From the NCBI GenBank assembly GCA_009859145.1, contig VRVR01000026.1:218381-250434 (forward strand): 32,054 nt of DNA. Direction: 5' to 3'. Both the position numbers and the translations under genes were made by a program. This DNA comes from Andalucia godoyi And28 (Eukaryota > Protista > Jakobida). The notes under the pieces were generated by a model, which was given only the letters and a program-made list of their open reading frames with translations, did no database searches and was not told the origin of the DNA. Positions 1 through 9,818 of the stretch are shown here, piece by piece. Within the stretch, counting starts at the first letter, position 1; each line of letters opens with the position of its first letter.

Positions 1-548
1 GCTGTTGTCCCATCATGCAAGTCGGGCCATTCGAACCCGGCTTCTTTCCATGTCTTCATCTCTGCATTTCGCAATTCTTCAAGAGCGCGTTCCCTCCCAG
101 AAACCTGTCCTCTGCGAGACTTCTTCTTAAGCTCGGCAAGTTCTTCTGCATTCCGATCAATAAATGCCGCAACCATCTCCTGCATGTTGTCTACCGAAAC
201 AGTGGTTGCAGTCGGGAACACTTGGCGCAGTGCCTCAATGCTCTCCAGTGCCCACAATGCCCGCTCAATCTGAGGCTTGAGACGATCTCGCGACAGCTTT
301 CTTCGATCCTGTTTTTCCCTTTCAAACTGTGCTTTGCGGTCCAGCTGATGTGCCTTGCGAGACATTGGATGGATGTACTTGCTTTTCTTCGTCTCCGTCT
401 CCTCTTGCTCCTCTCCACTCGATGCATCTCCACCACCGCTCTTTTCTCTCAGATTCCGACTTTGTTTCGGCTTCATCAGTGCATCAATCTCCATTTCCTC
501 GTGGGCTCGCTTACGCCCCTTTCCTTTCTCCCCACTCCGATCTCCCAT
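1..548 (-). CDS. TMA16: Translation machinery-associated protein 16 (60S maturation factor), 3'-partial (runs off the left edge)
   Basis: Manual translation from ATG 548 (not in the ORF track): MGDRSGEKGK...KYIHPMSRKAHQLDRK...FIDRNAEELAELKKKSRRGQVSGRERALEELRNAEMKTWKEAGFEWPDL. This matches the TMA16 motifs HPxSRKA, RxxxEL and GFExPDL. Confidence 0.8.
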   Translation of the reverse strand, partial: MGDRSGEKGKGRKRAHEEMEIDALMKPKQSRNLREKSGGGDASSGEEQEETETKKSKYIHPMSRKAHQLDRKAQFEREKQDRRKLSRDRLKPQIERALWALESIEALRQVFPTATTVSVDNMQEMVAAFIDRNAEELAELKKKSRRGQVSGRERALEELRNAEMKTWKEAGFEWPDLHDGTT

Positions 549-724
549 ATTCTCTGCCAATCTCGAAACATTCTTTCAAATGACACATATAAAAAATATA
601 AAAATGAAAACAGAATGAAAACACAACTCGTTCGTTTATTTCGCTCTCTAATTCTCAAAATCCTCTGAACATTTCAGCCGGAAGGCTCAACTCCCCCCAA
701 GTCTCAAGACTCAAGTGCCTTTCC

Positions 725-827
725 GATGCCTTCTACAGCAAGAAATCATCCTCATGCAGGCCAGCCAGGGTTTGCTCTGAAGTCCTCCGACAATGAGACG
801 GAAACTGCAATGGAATTCCTGAATATT
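725..827 (+). pseudogene. Possible highly decayed Fanzor2 C-terminal relic
   Basis: One frame reads DAFYSKKSSSCR...SEVLRQ*DGNCNG, then AATATT (NI). This parallels EAYTSKTCxxCG...SKVFR...DRDWNG..NI, mostly through single-nucleotide changes. The second CxxC is missing. Confidence 0.35.
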
Positions 828-907
828 TTTTCATTTTCACTTTTCATTTTCAAGCTGCATCATTGTCTGATTGAGTATTTTGCAATATATTCTGTTTGGC
901 TAGTTCG

Positions 908-937
908 TTTTGGTTTTGGTTTTGGTTTTGGTTTTGG
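908..937 (+). repeat. (TTTTGG)5 microsatellite upstream of the LPMO-like gene
   Basis: Direct reading of the sequence. Confidence 0.95.
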
Positions 938-950
938 GAGTGTTTTCAAC

Positions 951-2594
951 ATGCGGCAAAGTGTGTTTTGCGTTGCGGCGGCGCTGCTGTTTGTGCCTTG
1001 CGTGCTGGCGCATTTGTGCATGATGACTCCTCATCAGCGCGGTGATCTTCACCTTGGAAACGGAGGAGACCGAACTTGCTTCCGTCCTCAGCCGCCCTGT
1101 GGAGGAACTGCCTATCCTCCGGCAGCACCTACAGTGACTCTTCAAGGTGGATCAACATTCAAGATTGAGTGGCAGCAGAACTTCAATCACTACCAACCAG
1201 GAAACCCTGGTTCAATGGTTGTGCAGATTGCGACTTCGCAGGACGTGCCCGATAACCAGTGGACTGAGCTCGGAGTCGTCCCGGATATCAACCCTCACAT
1301 GCAATGGACGCAGACGAATTTCTCGCTTGTGGCCTCGATCCCGAACATCAACTGTGATTCTTGTGTTTTGCGCATTCGGTACATCCCCCACAAGCCAACG
1401 GAACCCATTTTCCACCAATGCTCAGATGTCAAAGTTGTCCGATCTTCCACTGCAAATGACGCTGTCACCAGCGCAGACTCCAAGTATTTCATTCTCGGAG
1501 TGCAGCCCAAAGGAGATTCTGCGATTACCATTGTGGATGTGAATCCATATGTCGGAGTTCGCCCGTTGTTTGACATTCCATTTGCAGTTCGCAGCGTTCT
1601 CTCTCCGTCCAAGGAGACCCCCGCACCGAATCACCACCAACACCCCGAGCATCATGACGCAGGAAAAGTGGCCGCTCGTGGATGCCATGACGAACACCCT
1701 GGTCATGAAGATGGTGCGCCTTCTGCGCCTTCTACTGCTGGAAGCGTGGATCTCGGCGCGGCGATGCCATTTATTGCTGATCAGGTGTTTGCGTATGACT
1801 CCGCAGGCCAGAGATTGTACTTCACGGGCTCTTTTGGCGACGTTGGCTCTGCTCCCACATACTTGGTTGTCGTTGACCTGTCGACGTCTTCTCACGTTGC
1901 ACGGAACATGTCTCTAACTGTTCCCTTCTCTGCTCTCACGTTCGACACCGTGTCGAAGACCCTTATTGGATTTGCGTACTTGCCAAGCACAACGACACCC
2001 GGGTCCTTCAACTTTTTGGTCCAGAGGATCGACCCGTCATCGCTTTCGATCACAACTCTGTACACTGGTGCCGACGAGGACACGTTTGTGAATATGATGT
2101 GGATGGAGATCGACTCGGAAAATCAAAAATTGTATTTGTTGCAAGGTGACGAAAACGCGCCAGATACTCTCCGATCAAAGATGTTTGTGATTGATGTCCA
2201 TAGCGGACAACTTGTGCAGTCTTGGATCCCCGACTTTTCGCAGTTCACATTTTCCAGTTTCCACCTTGACACCCGCCGAAAGATGATTGTGGCAGCATCG
2301 CCGGGCTTGTCTCCGTTCAAAGCTGGAAACGGTACTTGGTCTCTTGTTCAGATTCACGAAGACAGCTCAGTCACTGAACTGGCAGAAATTGCACCCGCTG
2401 GCGAATATGCCATCTTCTATGGAGGGTCCGTTGCAGGTGCAGACTTTGTGCAAGGACGCTTTTTCCAGTACCTTGTCGACAAGAGCGATCCCAGCACCGT
2501 CGTCATGGCCGTTGTCGACTACGTCTCTGGTGCAGTCAAGTTCTCGAGTCCTCTTGGCCCGCTGAACACTGTGCACAACATGGTCTATGCGTAA
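951..2594 (+). CDS. Secreted LPMO-like (His-brace) protein with His-rich linker and C-terminal beta-propeller-like region, 547 aa
   Basis: ATG 951 gives a signal peptide MRQSVFCVAAALLFVPCVLA followed by His as the first mature residue (HLCMMTPHQRG). A second His lies in QQNFNHY and there is an FHQCSDV motif. The linker is NHHQHPEHHD...CHDEHPGHED and the C-terminus has repeated beta-strand blades. The upstream in-frame extension from 726 is low-complexity and not used. Confidence 0.65.
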   Translation: MRQSVFCVAAALLFVPCVLAHLCMMTPHQRGDLHLGNGGDRTCFRPQPPCGGTAYPPAAPTVTLQGGSTFKIEWQQNFNHYQPGNPGSMVVQIATSQDVPDNQWTELGVVPDINPHMQWTQTNFSLVASIPNINCDSCVLRIRYIPHKPTEPIFHQCSDVKVVRSSTANDAVTSADSKYFILGVQPKGDSAITIVDVNPYVGVRPLFDIPFAVRSVLSPSKETPAPNHHQHPEHHDAGKVAARGCHDEHPGHEDGAPSAPSTAGSVDLGAAMPFIADQVFAYDSAGQRLYFTGSFGDVGSAPTYLVVVDLSTSSHVARNMSLTVPFSALTFDTVSKTLIGFAYLPSTTTPGSFNFLVQRIDPSSLSITTLYTGADEDTFVNMMWMEIDSENQKLYLLQGDENAPDTLRSKMFVIDVHSGQLVQSWIPDFSQFTFSSFHLDTRRKMIVAASPGLSPFKAGNGTWSLVQIHEDSSVTELAEIAPAGEYAIFYGGSVAGADFVQGRFFQYLVDKSDPSTVVMAVVDYVSGAVKFSSPLGPLNTVHNMVYA

Positions 2595-2683
2595 AACAAT
2601 TGACACCCGCTGTCCTCTTTCCCCCGTCTGTATTCAACGTCCAAGAAGGTCTTGTTATTCTGGATTTTGGCTGTTTGGATCTC

Positions 2684-5600
2684 TTATTTCTTTACCTGTT
2701 CAGCAGATATCCACGCAGAAAGCACCGGCAACCGGTCTAAATCAGAAACGTCTTTCAAGGTGTTCAATGTAAACTGGCGGGTTTTCAAAGGCACGGAGGC
2801 GGCATCCTTCTGAAGAATCGATGTAATTGCTTGCACAAGCGTAGCTCCAAGTGAAATCATATCCTCTCGATACTTTGGATCCGCAGCAAACAAGACATCG
2901 TTTGAATCGACATTGCGCAAATGATACGGAAGCTTTCCCTGCAGCAATGCATGGATCGCTCGGAGAGACGAAGAGTAGACAAGCACTCTTTGCGCTGCAT
3001 CCAAGTTCATTGCAGCGTCATCCGACCCGTCATTTTCGGATAGACAGGCATTCACAAAGCCCTTGAGCAAATACGCACCGCCCTTCTCCGGGTGTCCAGG
3101 GACAACGACCAAACAAGAAGCAACAAGTGAAATGAGGGACACAATATCTTCGTCGGAGGATGACAGGATGGAATCATCAGCTTCCAGAAAACCTGCAATG
3201 GCCATCCGAAAGAGCGCTTCCGCAGAAGGAATCAGACCGCAGCCCAAAGCAAGCATGCCAGTCGTCGCATAACATCGGACTCGATCTTTCGAAACCGGCA
3301 AGGAAGGGATGGAGATGTGCGCAAAAGCCACACATGCACGCTGCAGATCCTTCATTTCCGACGTATGCGAACGCTTCATGGACTGCACAAGCAGTTGGTG
3401 AGAAGCCCAAACCAGCTTGATCTGAACTGCATCCAACGAAGGAAATGCCGCACGACATTCAACGAGCACGGGCATCAATTCCATAAACTCGGCAGGAGTC
3501 GTGTGCAAGGAGTGGGTCTTCCGAAGGACAAGTAAGACGAACGTGGAAATGAAGTGGACAAGGTTCCGTTTTTCATCTTCGTTCAGCGAGAACTGCGCAA
3601 GATCCAGGGAATCGTACAGCTGCTTGAGCAAGTTGAGCGTAATGTTCACAAGGACGGGGTCTCCAAAATTCACTTCTGTCTGATCTTTGGAGTACAGCAA
3701 AATTGCCAGCAGCGCCTTGAACAAATCAAGTTTGGAGGCACGAGGAATCAAGTCCAACAAGGGAACAAAATGCTCTGACACAAGAAGCTGCGAGAGGAAA
3801 GAGGGCAAATCATCCCGCCCAACGCCCAATATCATTTTCACAACATCAAACACTTTGTCTTCCACAGTTTCGCCGTACAAGCCGTCCGCTTTCTCGTTCT
3901 TCTTCATCACGGACCCCTTCTTTTCGTTGTCATTGGATTCGGGCACATTTCCTTCTTGAGACCTGAAGCGAAATGCGGTATCTCGGACATCTCCAAGCAC
4001 TTCATTCAGCTCCGGGGCCCCAAAAGCAAGCGCAATAAAACGACAAAGTTTCTTCGCGGCATCGAGATAGAAATAAATGGACGCCTGGCTGAGCGCAGAG
4101 CACTCTCTCCATGCCTCGCGGACCAATTTGCGCTTCATTGGCTTTGGCATGTTTCCAAGAACAGCCTTGTCTGCAAGCGAATCCACAAGTCGGCAGCAAG
4201 TATTCGTGTTCTTCGCGATTTGAATCAGCGTTTCGATCTGCGACGCAATTTGAGCTGCGGAATACGAAGCCAGGAGTTCGTCAACATACACATAGTCCAA
4301 GGGTTCCTTTGTTTCTCCTAGGCCCTTTGCAGTCGGGTCGCTCTTGAAATAGGACAGAGAAGAATCGATCTTCGTTCCAGATGCCTCAGAAGATGCAGTC
4401 ACTGCGGCGACGGGTTGCCGAATTCGAGGAATGATGTATCGATCATACAGATTCAAAAAGTCCGAGAGCGGAACCTTTGAATGGCAGCCACAGGCAAACA
4501 CAAATTCCAAAATAGGGCGATGCAATGAATTGTCGGAAAAGCGAATAGCATCATTGATCAACGACGACAGGTACTCCCCGTCTGCAATGTTTCGGATTCC
4601 GACTCGGAGAGCATACAGACGAGCATAGTTTGCAATCAACGGATTACCAATCCCGCGAACGGAACTGCACAAGCGAACCAAATGACCACGCATTGCCATG
4701 GGGTCGATAAAATGGTACATTCGCAAAAGGGACATTTCGACGTAAATACGGGGAATCAGCTCCCGAATAGAAGCAATTTTGAACAGCCAGTTTCTGGTGA
4801 CCTCTTGCGCGTCTGGACTGACATCCGACGGAGTGAAATCATCCGGGAGCTTTGTTGCAGGGCGACCCGTGCGAGGATCGATCTCCACTGCGCGCTTACG
4901 AACACGCTCATATACCAATCTTCCGAACGTGTCCAAAATTTCGGTTGCCAACACAAACAATGAAGGATAGAAGGAAGGAACTGACGTATCAGAGAGCATT
5001 TTGCACGCTTGGATCACAACTCGCAAAGAACCAACGCGGTCTTCCTCGTCCCACGCACTGATCAACATGTCATGGAGCTTTTCAATATGTCCAGTGAGCT
5101 GCTGTTGGTTCATGATCTGCACTCTCTGACCTTCGTTTTCTGAGGCAGGAGTAGCAGACCCTTCGAGCAAATGCAATCTCGACTGCGTCTTATCTGCAAG
5201 ACGAACGGGGCCTTTATCAGCCGTGTCATCCACAAAGTTCGCAACGGGTATTTCAACAGACGTTGTGTATTTCGCCAGAATCTTGGACTTCCGATCGCCC
5301 CACATGACGGGTGCACTTCCAAGTTGAATGCCGTGTCCGGATTGCTGCGTCTCAATCCCAGCAGTTGTTCTCAGAATCTCAGACGCATTCATGTCATTGG
5401 ACATTGACCCAACAACAGCACTCGGACCCAATGGCGCGCTCAACGGAGAGCTGCTGATGCTTCCACCAGCACCGTTGCTGTTTTGGTTCGTCGTACTAGA
5501 AAGAGGATCAGAAAGAGGATCCACGACGTCTTCGTCGTCATCCTCAGCACCAGGACTGTGCTTCGCCGCAGCTTGGGGAGCGCTGTTTTTGGAATTGTTG

Positions 5601-5812
5601 TTATAGCCGTTGTTTTGGGAGTTCTTATCCGGAGTACCAGAAGCGAACAAAGCCGTTTTGAAAGGCTGGTCCTTCAGCTTCGCGGGCTGGGGAGGGGCTA
5701 AAGGATGCTCATACTCGCCACACGAAACAAGCGAGTTGGCCATCGCGGAACGTGCGTTCCGTTTCTGTAGAGCATAGTCTACTTTCCGCGGAGCCCACGC
5801 TGTATTATCCAT
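2684..5812 (-). CDS. VPS35L: VPS35 endosomal sorting factor-like (Retriever subunit, C16orf62 family), 1042 aa
   Basis: Motifs KILAKYTTS, AWDEEDRVGSLRVVIQACKMLSDTSVPSFYPSLFVLATEILDTFGRLVYER, NWLFKIASIRELIPRIYVE, GIGNPLIANYARLY and HISIPSL. Confidence 0.9.
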   Translation of the reverse strand: MDNTAWAPRKVDYALQKRNARSAMANSLVSCGEYEHPLAPPQPAKLKDQPFKTALFASGTPDKNSQNNGYNNNSKNSAPQAAAKHSPGAEDDDEDVVDPLSDPLSSTTNQNSNGAGGSISSSPLSAPLGPSAVVGSMSNDMNASEILRTTAGIETQQSGHGIQLGSAPVMWGDRKSKILAKYTTSVEIPVANFVDDTADKGPVRLADKTQSRLHLLEGSATPASENEGQRVQIMNQQQLTGHIEKLHDMLISAWDEEDRVGSLRVVIQACKMLSDTSVPSFYPSLFVLATEILDTFGRLVYERVRKRAVEIDPRTGRPATKLPDDFTPSDVSPDAQEVTRNWLFKIASIRELIPRIYVEMSLLRMYHFIDPMAMRGHLVRLCSSVRGIGNPLIANYARLYALRVGIRNIADGEYLSSLINDAIRFSDNSLHRPILEFVFACGCHSKVPLSDFLNLYDRYIIPRIRQPVAAVTASSEASGTKIDSSLSYFKSDPTAKGLGETKEPLDYVYVDELLASYSAAQIASQIETLIQIAKNTNTCCRLVDSLADKAVLGNMPKPMKRKLVREAWRECSALSQASIYFYLDAAKKLCRFIALAFGAPELNEVLGDVRDTAFRFRSQEGNVPESNDNEKKGSVMKKNEKADGLYGETVEDKVFDVVKMILGVGRDDLPSFLSQLLVSEHFVPLLDLIPRASKLDLFKALLAILLYSKDQTEVNFGDPVLVNITLNLLKQLYDSLDLAQFSLNEDEKRNLVHFISTFVLLVLRKTHSLHTTPAEFMELMPVLVECRAAFPSLDAVQIKLVWASHQLLVQSMKRSHTSEMKDLQRACVAFAHISIPSLPVSKDRVRCYATTGMLALGCGLIPSAEALFRMAIAGFLEADDSILSSSDEDIVSLISLVASCLVVVPGHPEKGGAYLLKGFVNACLSENDGSDDAAMNLDAAQRVLVYSSSLRAIHALLQGKLPYHLRNVDSNDVLFAADPKYREDMISLGATLVQAITSILQKDAASVPLKTRQFTLNTLKDVSDLDRLPVLSAWISAEQVKK

Positions 5813-6038
5813 GAATCACAAAGCAAGAATGGGGGAAAGTCCGCCTTGAACAAAATGCCCTTTTTTCTCTTTCTTCTCCTTTCTCAATAAACGAAATGAA
5901 ATAATGAAAAAATATATCAGGAGCAAAAGGAGAAATGGGGCATTCTTTAGGACTTTCAGGTTGCATGAGCAATTGAGCAAGCGGAGTCCCTGAAACCTCG
6001 GCATCAAGGCATCATGATTGATGCTATGAATCGGGGGA

Positions 6039-6274
6039 GTCATAGTAAACCTACTTAAAAAACCCTTCAACCCAAACGTCTGCTGGATGGCTGTGAATAC
6101 CACCGGATAGTAAGGCTGAAGGTGTGTAGTCGTCGACATTGCTGCTGAATGAAAAAGGCCGACCTTTTTCCCTCTGCAGATTGCAGCTACCGTTTGTTGT
6201 TGTTGTTGGTTCCAATGCAGAATTGTATATGGGAGGGTCAGCAATGATTAGCCATGCATAGCATACAATGTAGA
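6039..6274 (+). mobile_element. Decayed Fanzor2 element 3' end (copy D): zinc-finger relic plus omegaRNA-like module
   Basis: 6232-6274 GGAGGGTC-agcaat-GATTAGCC-atgcata-GCATACAATGTAGA aligns with 21833-21875 GGATGATC-ggcgat-GATTATCC-gtggtta-GTGTACATTGTAGG. CTAC 6187-6190 complements GTAG 6270-6273. Upstream frames give VIVN, TQTSAGW and GCEYHRIVRLKVCSRRHC (cf. TSKTCxxC, CGEIHRKLGGNKVFCCPSC). Confidence 0.6.
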
Positions 6275-6425
6275 CGCAATGTGGTTGTAGATTGTACAGT
6301 ACAGTCAGGGACAAAGGACGGAATTTGATGAAAGAAGGAAGCAAGGGGCGGGGCAAGGCAGTTCTTCTCGCCTGTCTCCACTGGCCATCTATGCCTAAGC
6401 CTATTCCTATATCTATGCCAACGGG

Positions 6426-7190
6426 CTACGAATAGTCATAGATTGAGCTCATTCGTTCAGCATACTGCGATGCGACAACATGCAGTTGGGGGTGTTCCTG
6501 TCGAAGGAGCTCCTGGATGAAGGATTCAAAGATGACATCGCGGTCATTGCAGTCTTCCTTGATCTTATAGTGGAGAATTCCTGCGTTGTTTGCAGAGTGG
6601 TCGACGATGATCTCCATCAGAATAAGCACATTGTTGAGCGTATGGCCTGAAAAATAAAAGATCTTGCGTGGACCGACTGTTCGAACTGCAGTGCCCATGA
6701 TATTGTAGGAATGAAGTCTATGCACCAGCGACCTCTCATTGTTGAAAAACACATTACCCAGATGACAAAAGAACGAATTGGTGTCTTCAATCGACTGCCA
6801 CATGTCGAAATACATTTCTTTCGATATGGAAGCAGCAGGACAGAAGATCGTAATCCGAACAACCTTGACGGTTTCCCCAAGCGCATTCTTCGCCATGATC
6901 GTCTCTTCCTCAACGATCGGGCGGTTAAACGACCCGCATTCCTGAGGTTGGATATATGACACGACTCGCTTCGTCGAGTCTGCATCGGAATCTGTAAATG
7001 CAGTCGAGTACGAAGACGAAGCAGCGGAAGAGGAGGATGGCGTGGCGGAATGGACGTTTCCGGAAGCATGGTGGTGGGCTGTCATGGAGTGTGGATGACA
7101 GTCGTGATCCCGCATCGGCTGCGAATACGACCTGGCGTTGTGGTCAGCACCAAAATAGGAGGGATAAGAAGAAGACTTGTTGTCCGTCAT
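6426..7190 (-). CDS. Hypothetical protein, 254 aa; low-complexity N-terminus plus a C-terminal domain resembling the beta-adaptin appendage platform subdomain
   Basis: Intact ORF with ATG 7190 and an in-frame stop just upstream. C-terminus ISKEMYFDMWQSI...LHSYNIMGTA...KIFYFSGHTLNNVLILMEI...YKIK resembles the B2-adapt-app_C pattern. Confidence 0.55.
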   Translation of the reverse strand: MTDNKSSSYPSYFGADHNARSYSQPMRDHDCHPHSMTAHHHASGNVHSATPSSSSAASSSYSTAFTDSDADSTKRVVSYIQPQECGSFNRPIVEEETIMAKNALGETVKVVRITIFCPAASISKEMYFDMWQSIEDTNSFFCHLGNVFFNNERSLVHRLHSYNIMGTAVRTVGPRKIFYFSGHTLNNVLILMEIIVDHSANNAGILHYKIKEDCNDRDVIFESFIQELLRQEHPQLHVVASQYAERMSSIYDYS

Positions 7191-7364
7191 TCTCGACGCT
7201 GACGCCGTCTACCTCGCCGCTGCAAGTCAATTTGAATGAAAAGTGATTGGACGATAATCAAATACAAAAGACACAGACGAGGAATTAAAAAAAAAAAAGA
7301 AAAAGAAAGAAACAGTAAAAGAAGGTAAAATTGAGAGGGAAACGACGGAACGAAACGAACGGAT

Positions 7365-7900
7365 GATGTTTTCCAATGAGATCCGCCTTTTTGTCATTTG
7401 TTCTAATCGGGAAGTTTGCTGGCCTCCATTCGAATGGTGACGTCAGCTCCCATCGACGATACCTTTTCCTTTGCTTGCATGTTCAACAAGCAATGGTGGT
7501 GCTCTGACTTCCGAGCCGGACCGCCGCCGCACGTATGTCTTGCAGAAACAGCAAGTGAAATGATTGTGGATGTATTTTTCGGTTGGCCGTCTTTTCCACG
7601 AAGAGCTAACAAAAAAATGCTTACCTGTGTTTTCAATTATTTTTGCATCCTACTTCCGAAATTCGCAGACTTCAGGGATGGCTTTTGAAGGGCAAGCGGC
7701 GGATGCGATGCAAGACCGTGTGCCAGATGCTGTCGTGGGTGCTGGCGCCATTGTGAGTTTCATCAGCGATTGTTGCACAAAAACACAAGAGTTCTGGGAT
7801 CTGCGAGAGCAGGCCGCGATCGTCGCGGAAGAATACACTTCCAAGACACGTGACACAGCCGGCGAACGACAACGGGCATATCAGTATGAGAAACGTTTCT
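7365..7900 (+). pseudogene. Frameshifted Fanzor2 (IS607 TnpB-like) relic, copy A, covering roughly RuvC-I to the start of the zinc finger
   Basis: Colinear motifs across frames: RRRTYVLQKQ..FHEELTKK (~7520-7617), NYFCILLPKF (ILLPKF 7647-7664), KGKRRMRCKTVCQMLSW (7688-7738), HCEFHQRLLHK (7749-7781) and TQEF...IVAEEYTSKTRDTAGE (7819-7866). The 5' boundary (IRLFVIC/EW-GD) is weaker. Confidence 0.85.
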
Positions 7901-7904
7901 TTTA

Positions 7905-9345
7905 CTATTCTACACACGCAATGGGAAGACGCAGAACAGCTGCATATTCGCATCTAGACGGCTCCTCGACTTTGACAACCTCTTCCGTTGCACCGCACTC
8001 AATCCTGACCACCATGGATCGTTGAGGACCTTGCCAACAGCGGTCTCCATTGGTGAACTTCATGACGTTGTCTCCACTCTTGGCAACCCAGGACGGCTTG
8101 TCGAACTTTCCAAGCGTCGAAATGAGCCGCCCGGACTTGTCTCGCTGGTCAACTGCCTCAAATGGTCGGATTTGGTACGAGTACTCGTGGGTTTCGAATG
8201 TCAACGGCTGCTTGTAATAAGCCACATACTCCCGACGTGGACCAAAATCGTGTGCCAGAAAATCCGTGATTTCCGACATTTCAGAGCGAAGCGTGCTCAG
8301 ATTTTTTTCCATCTCGGCGACCTTGGCCTTTGCGTACTCTAGCGCTGCAAAAACGAAGAACAACCACCGTGAGACAACAAAGACACGATCAAATCCAACA
8401 ACAAAAAAAGAAAAAAAAAGAAGATCCTGCGGAAAGAGAATACGTACCTAATTGCCGTTCACCCTTGTAGTTTTGCCACATTTCCACGATGTGCGCAGTC
8501 GCTGCATTCAGTCGTCCAAGAACCTGTTCCTTGAGCCACGGAACCAGCATCGTCGACTCGGTAATACTTTCCTTTTCAGCTTCTGCTGGGGCCTGCTCCT
8601 GCGCTTGAGCTGCTTGCGCATCGTCCGTCTTTTCCTGTGATGACTCATCGCTCGCTGCAACAGATGCGTCTTCCTCACGCTCCTTCTCGTCGCGTTTGGC
8701 TCGCTCATCCACGTCCTCGAGGACTCTCAAGTCCTCCTTTGCAGACTCGAGATCCTTTTGAGCAGTTCCCACATGCATCTCAAGAGTTCCCTTCCGCGAT
8801 GCATAATCCGAGTACTTTGCAAGCCCTTCTTTAATCTTTGCTTCTCGCTGCTGAAGCCCAATCGCCCGAGCTTCCGTCTGGGCTTGCAGCTCACGATGCC
8901 GGACCTCTGCAGCCTGAACACACGTGTTTGGGCACACTTTGGAGACCGGCACAAGATCAGAAACACCAACCACCGAAGCATCCGACTCATCAGAGCCATC
9001 GCAGCAGTCACAGACACTATCCATAACGTACGCAGACCGGATATACTTCCCTTCAAAGTGTTCATTTCGGCACCAAAACGTCGAGGCTTCATGCAAATGG
9101 GCACATGCTGAAGTCCCACGTTCATCCGAGCCATCAGCACAGTGGCAATAATCATCGTTCACATTTTCAATCGGAATTTCGCGCGACCCATCGAAGCACC
9201 GGAATGTGGAGGAGATGTAATGCGACACTTGACTCGGATGGACACCGTACTCCCGACGCGTCAGCAAAGATGCAGAAACCGCAACAATCGCAAAACTCAA
9301 TAATAAGAACACAAACGATGGAGCATCTACACGCGGCCGAACCAT
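7905..9345 (-). CDS. PRKCSH: Glucosidase II beta subunit, join(8448..9345, 7905..8344), 445 aa
   Basis: Signal peptide; FRCFDGS...VNDDYCHCADGSDERGTSAC; VMDSVCDCCDGSDE; C-terminal MRH domain GDRCWQGPQRS...EEPSRCEY. One GTACGT...TGCAG intron joins the two ORF-track pieces in frame. Confidence 0.92.
8345..8447 (-). other. Spliceosomal intron in PRKCSH (103 nt)
   Basis: GTACGT donor, T-rich body and TTGCAG acceptor; splicing restores the frame (...RQL-A-LEYAK...). Confidence 0.85.
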
Positions 9346-9818
9346 TGCCTATGCTGCGCTAACAAAAAAATAACAAACAAAACAAACCAATCATTGAACA
9401 GGACACAATCAAAGGAAGAAGAAAAAAACCGCAGTCGAAAACTCCAAAAGTCGTGCTCGAAAAGCAAAACACTCGACACAATGGACACGTCAAAAAGAAA
9501 AGAAACCAAGGATGACAAATGCTTAGGATCACGTGATGCTGCCTGCTATCCGTTATGTACGCAGGTCACGCTGCCCGAGCGTTTATCGGCAGGTCTCGCA
9601 GCTTAGCTTGTCCTTCCAAAGGCACTTTTGGAATTTTTGTTTTCAATGTTAAAAAGAAACGAAACCCAGAAAGAGGATTAAGAGAAAGAAAGAAAGAAAG
9701 AGAGAGAGAGAGGAGAAAGGAAAGCATCAAAAGGAAAACAACAAAAAAGGAAGAATAGAATTGGAGAGAGAAATTTTGAGGGAGAATCGAGAATCAGGTA
9801 ACGGCGATTCAGACGCAA

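Noticed and set aside
690-810. U3-like snoRNA on the minus strand (GAGGATGA ... CTGA)
   Set aside because: Boxes A, B and C are not found.
908-937. (TTTTGG)5 as a telomere or telomere-addition site
   Set aside because: Only five units, internal and directly upstream of a gene; similar simple repeats occur in other spacers.
726-950. N-terminal extension of the LPMO-like ORF
   Set aside because: Translates T-rich and microsatellite sequence (FGFGFG); ATG 951 gives a clean signal peptide.
6010-6125. C/D box snoRNA (ATGATTGA ... CTGA)
   Set aside because: The C box is non-canonical, no verifiable rRNA guide was found, and the region is better explained as Fanzor relic D.
5816-6356. Minus-strand ORFs 5816..6244 and 6051..6356 as genes
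   Set aside because: Non-ATG or low-complexity, run into poly-A/T spacer, and overlap relic D on the opposite strand.
7416-8025. Plus-strand ORFs 7416..7688 and 7564..8025 as functional genes
   Set aside because: They are alternating frames of the frameshifted Fanzor2 relic A; the latter also overlaps PRKCSH antisense.
9560-9610. Minus-strand RDLPINARAA as a RuvC-III relic
   Set aside because: A single loose motif with no colinear zinc-finger motifs.
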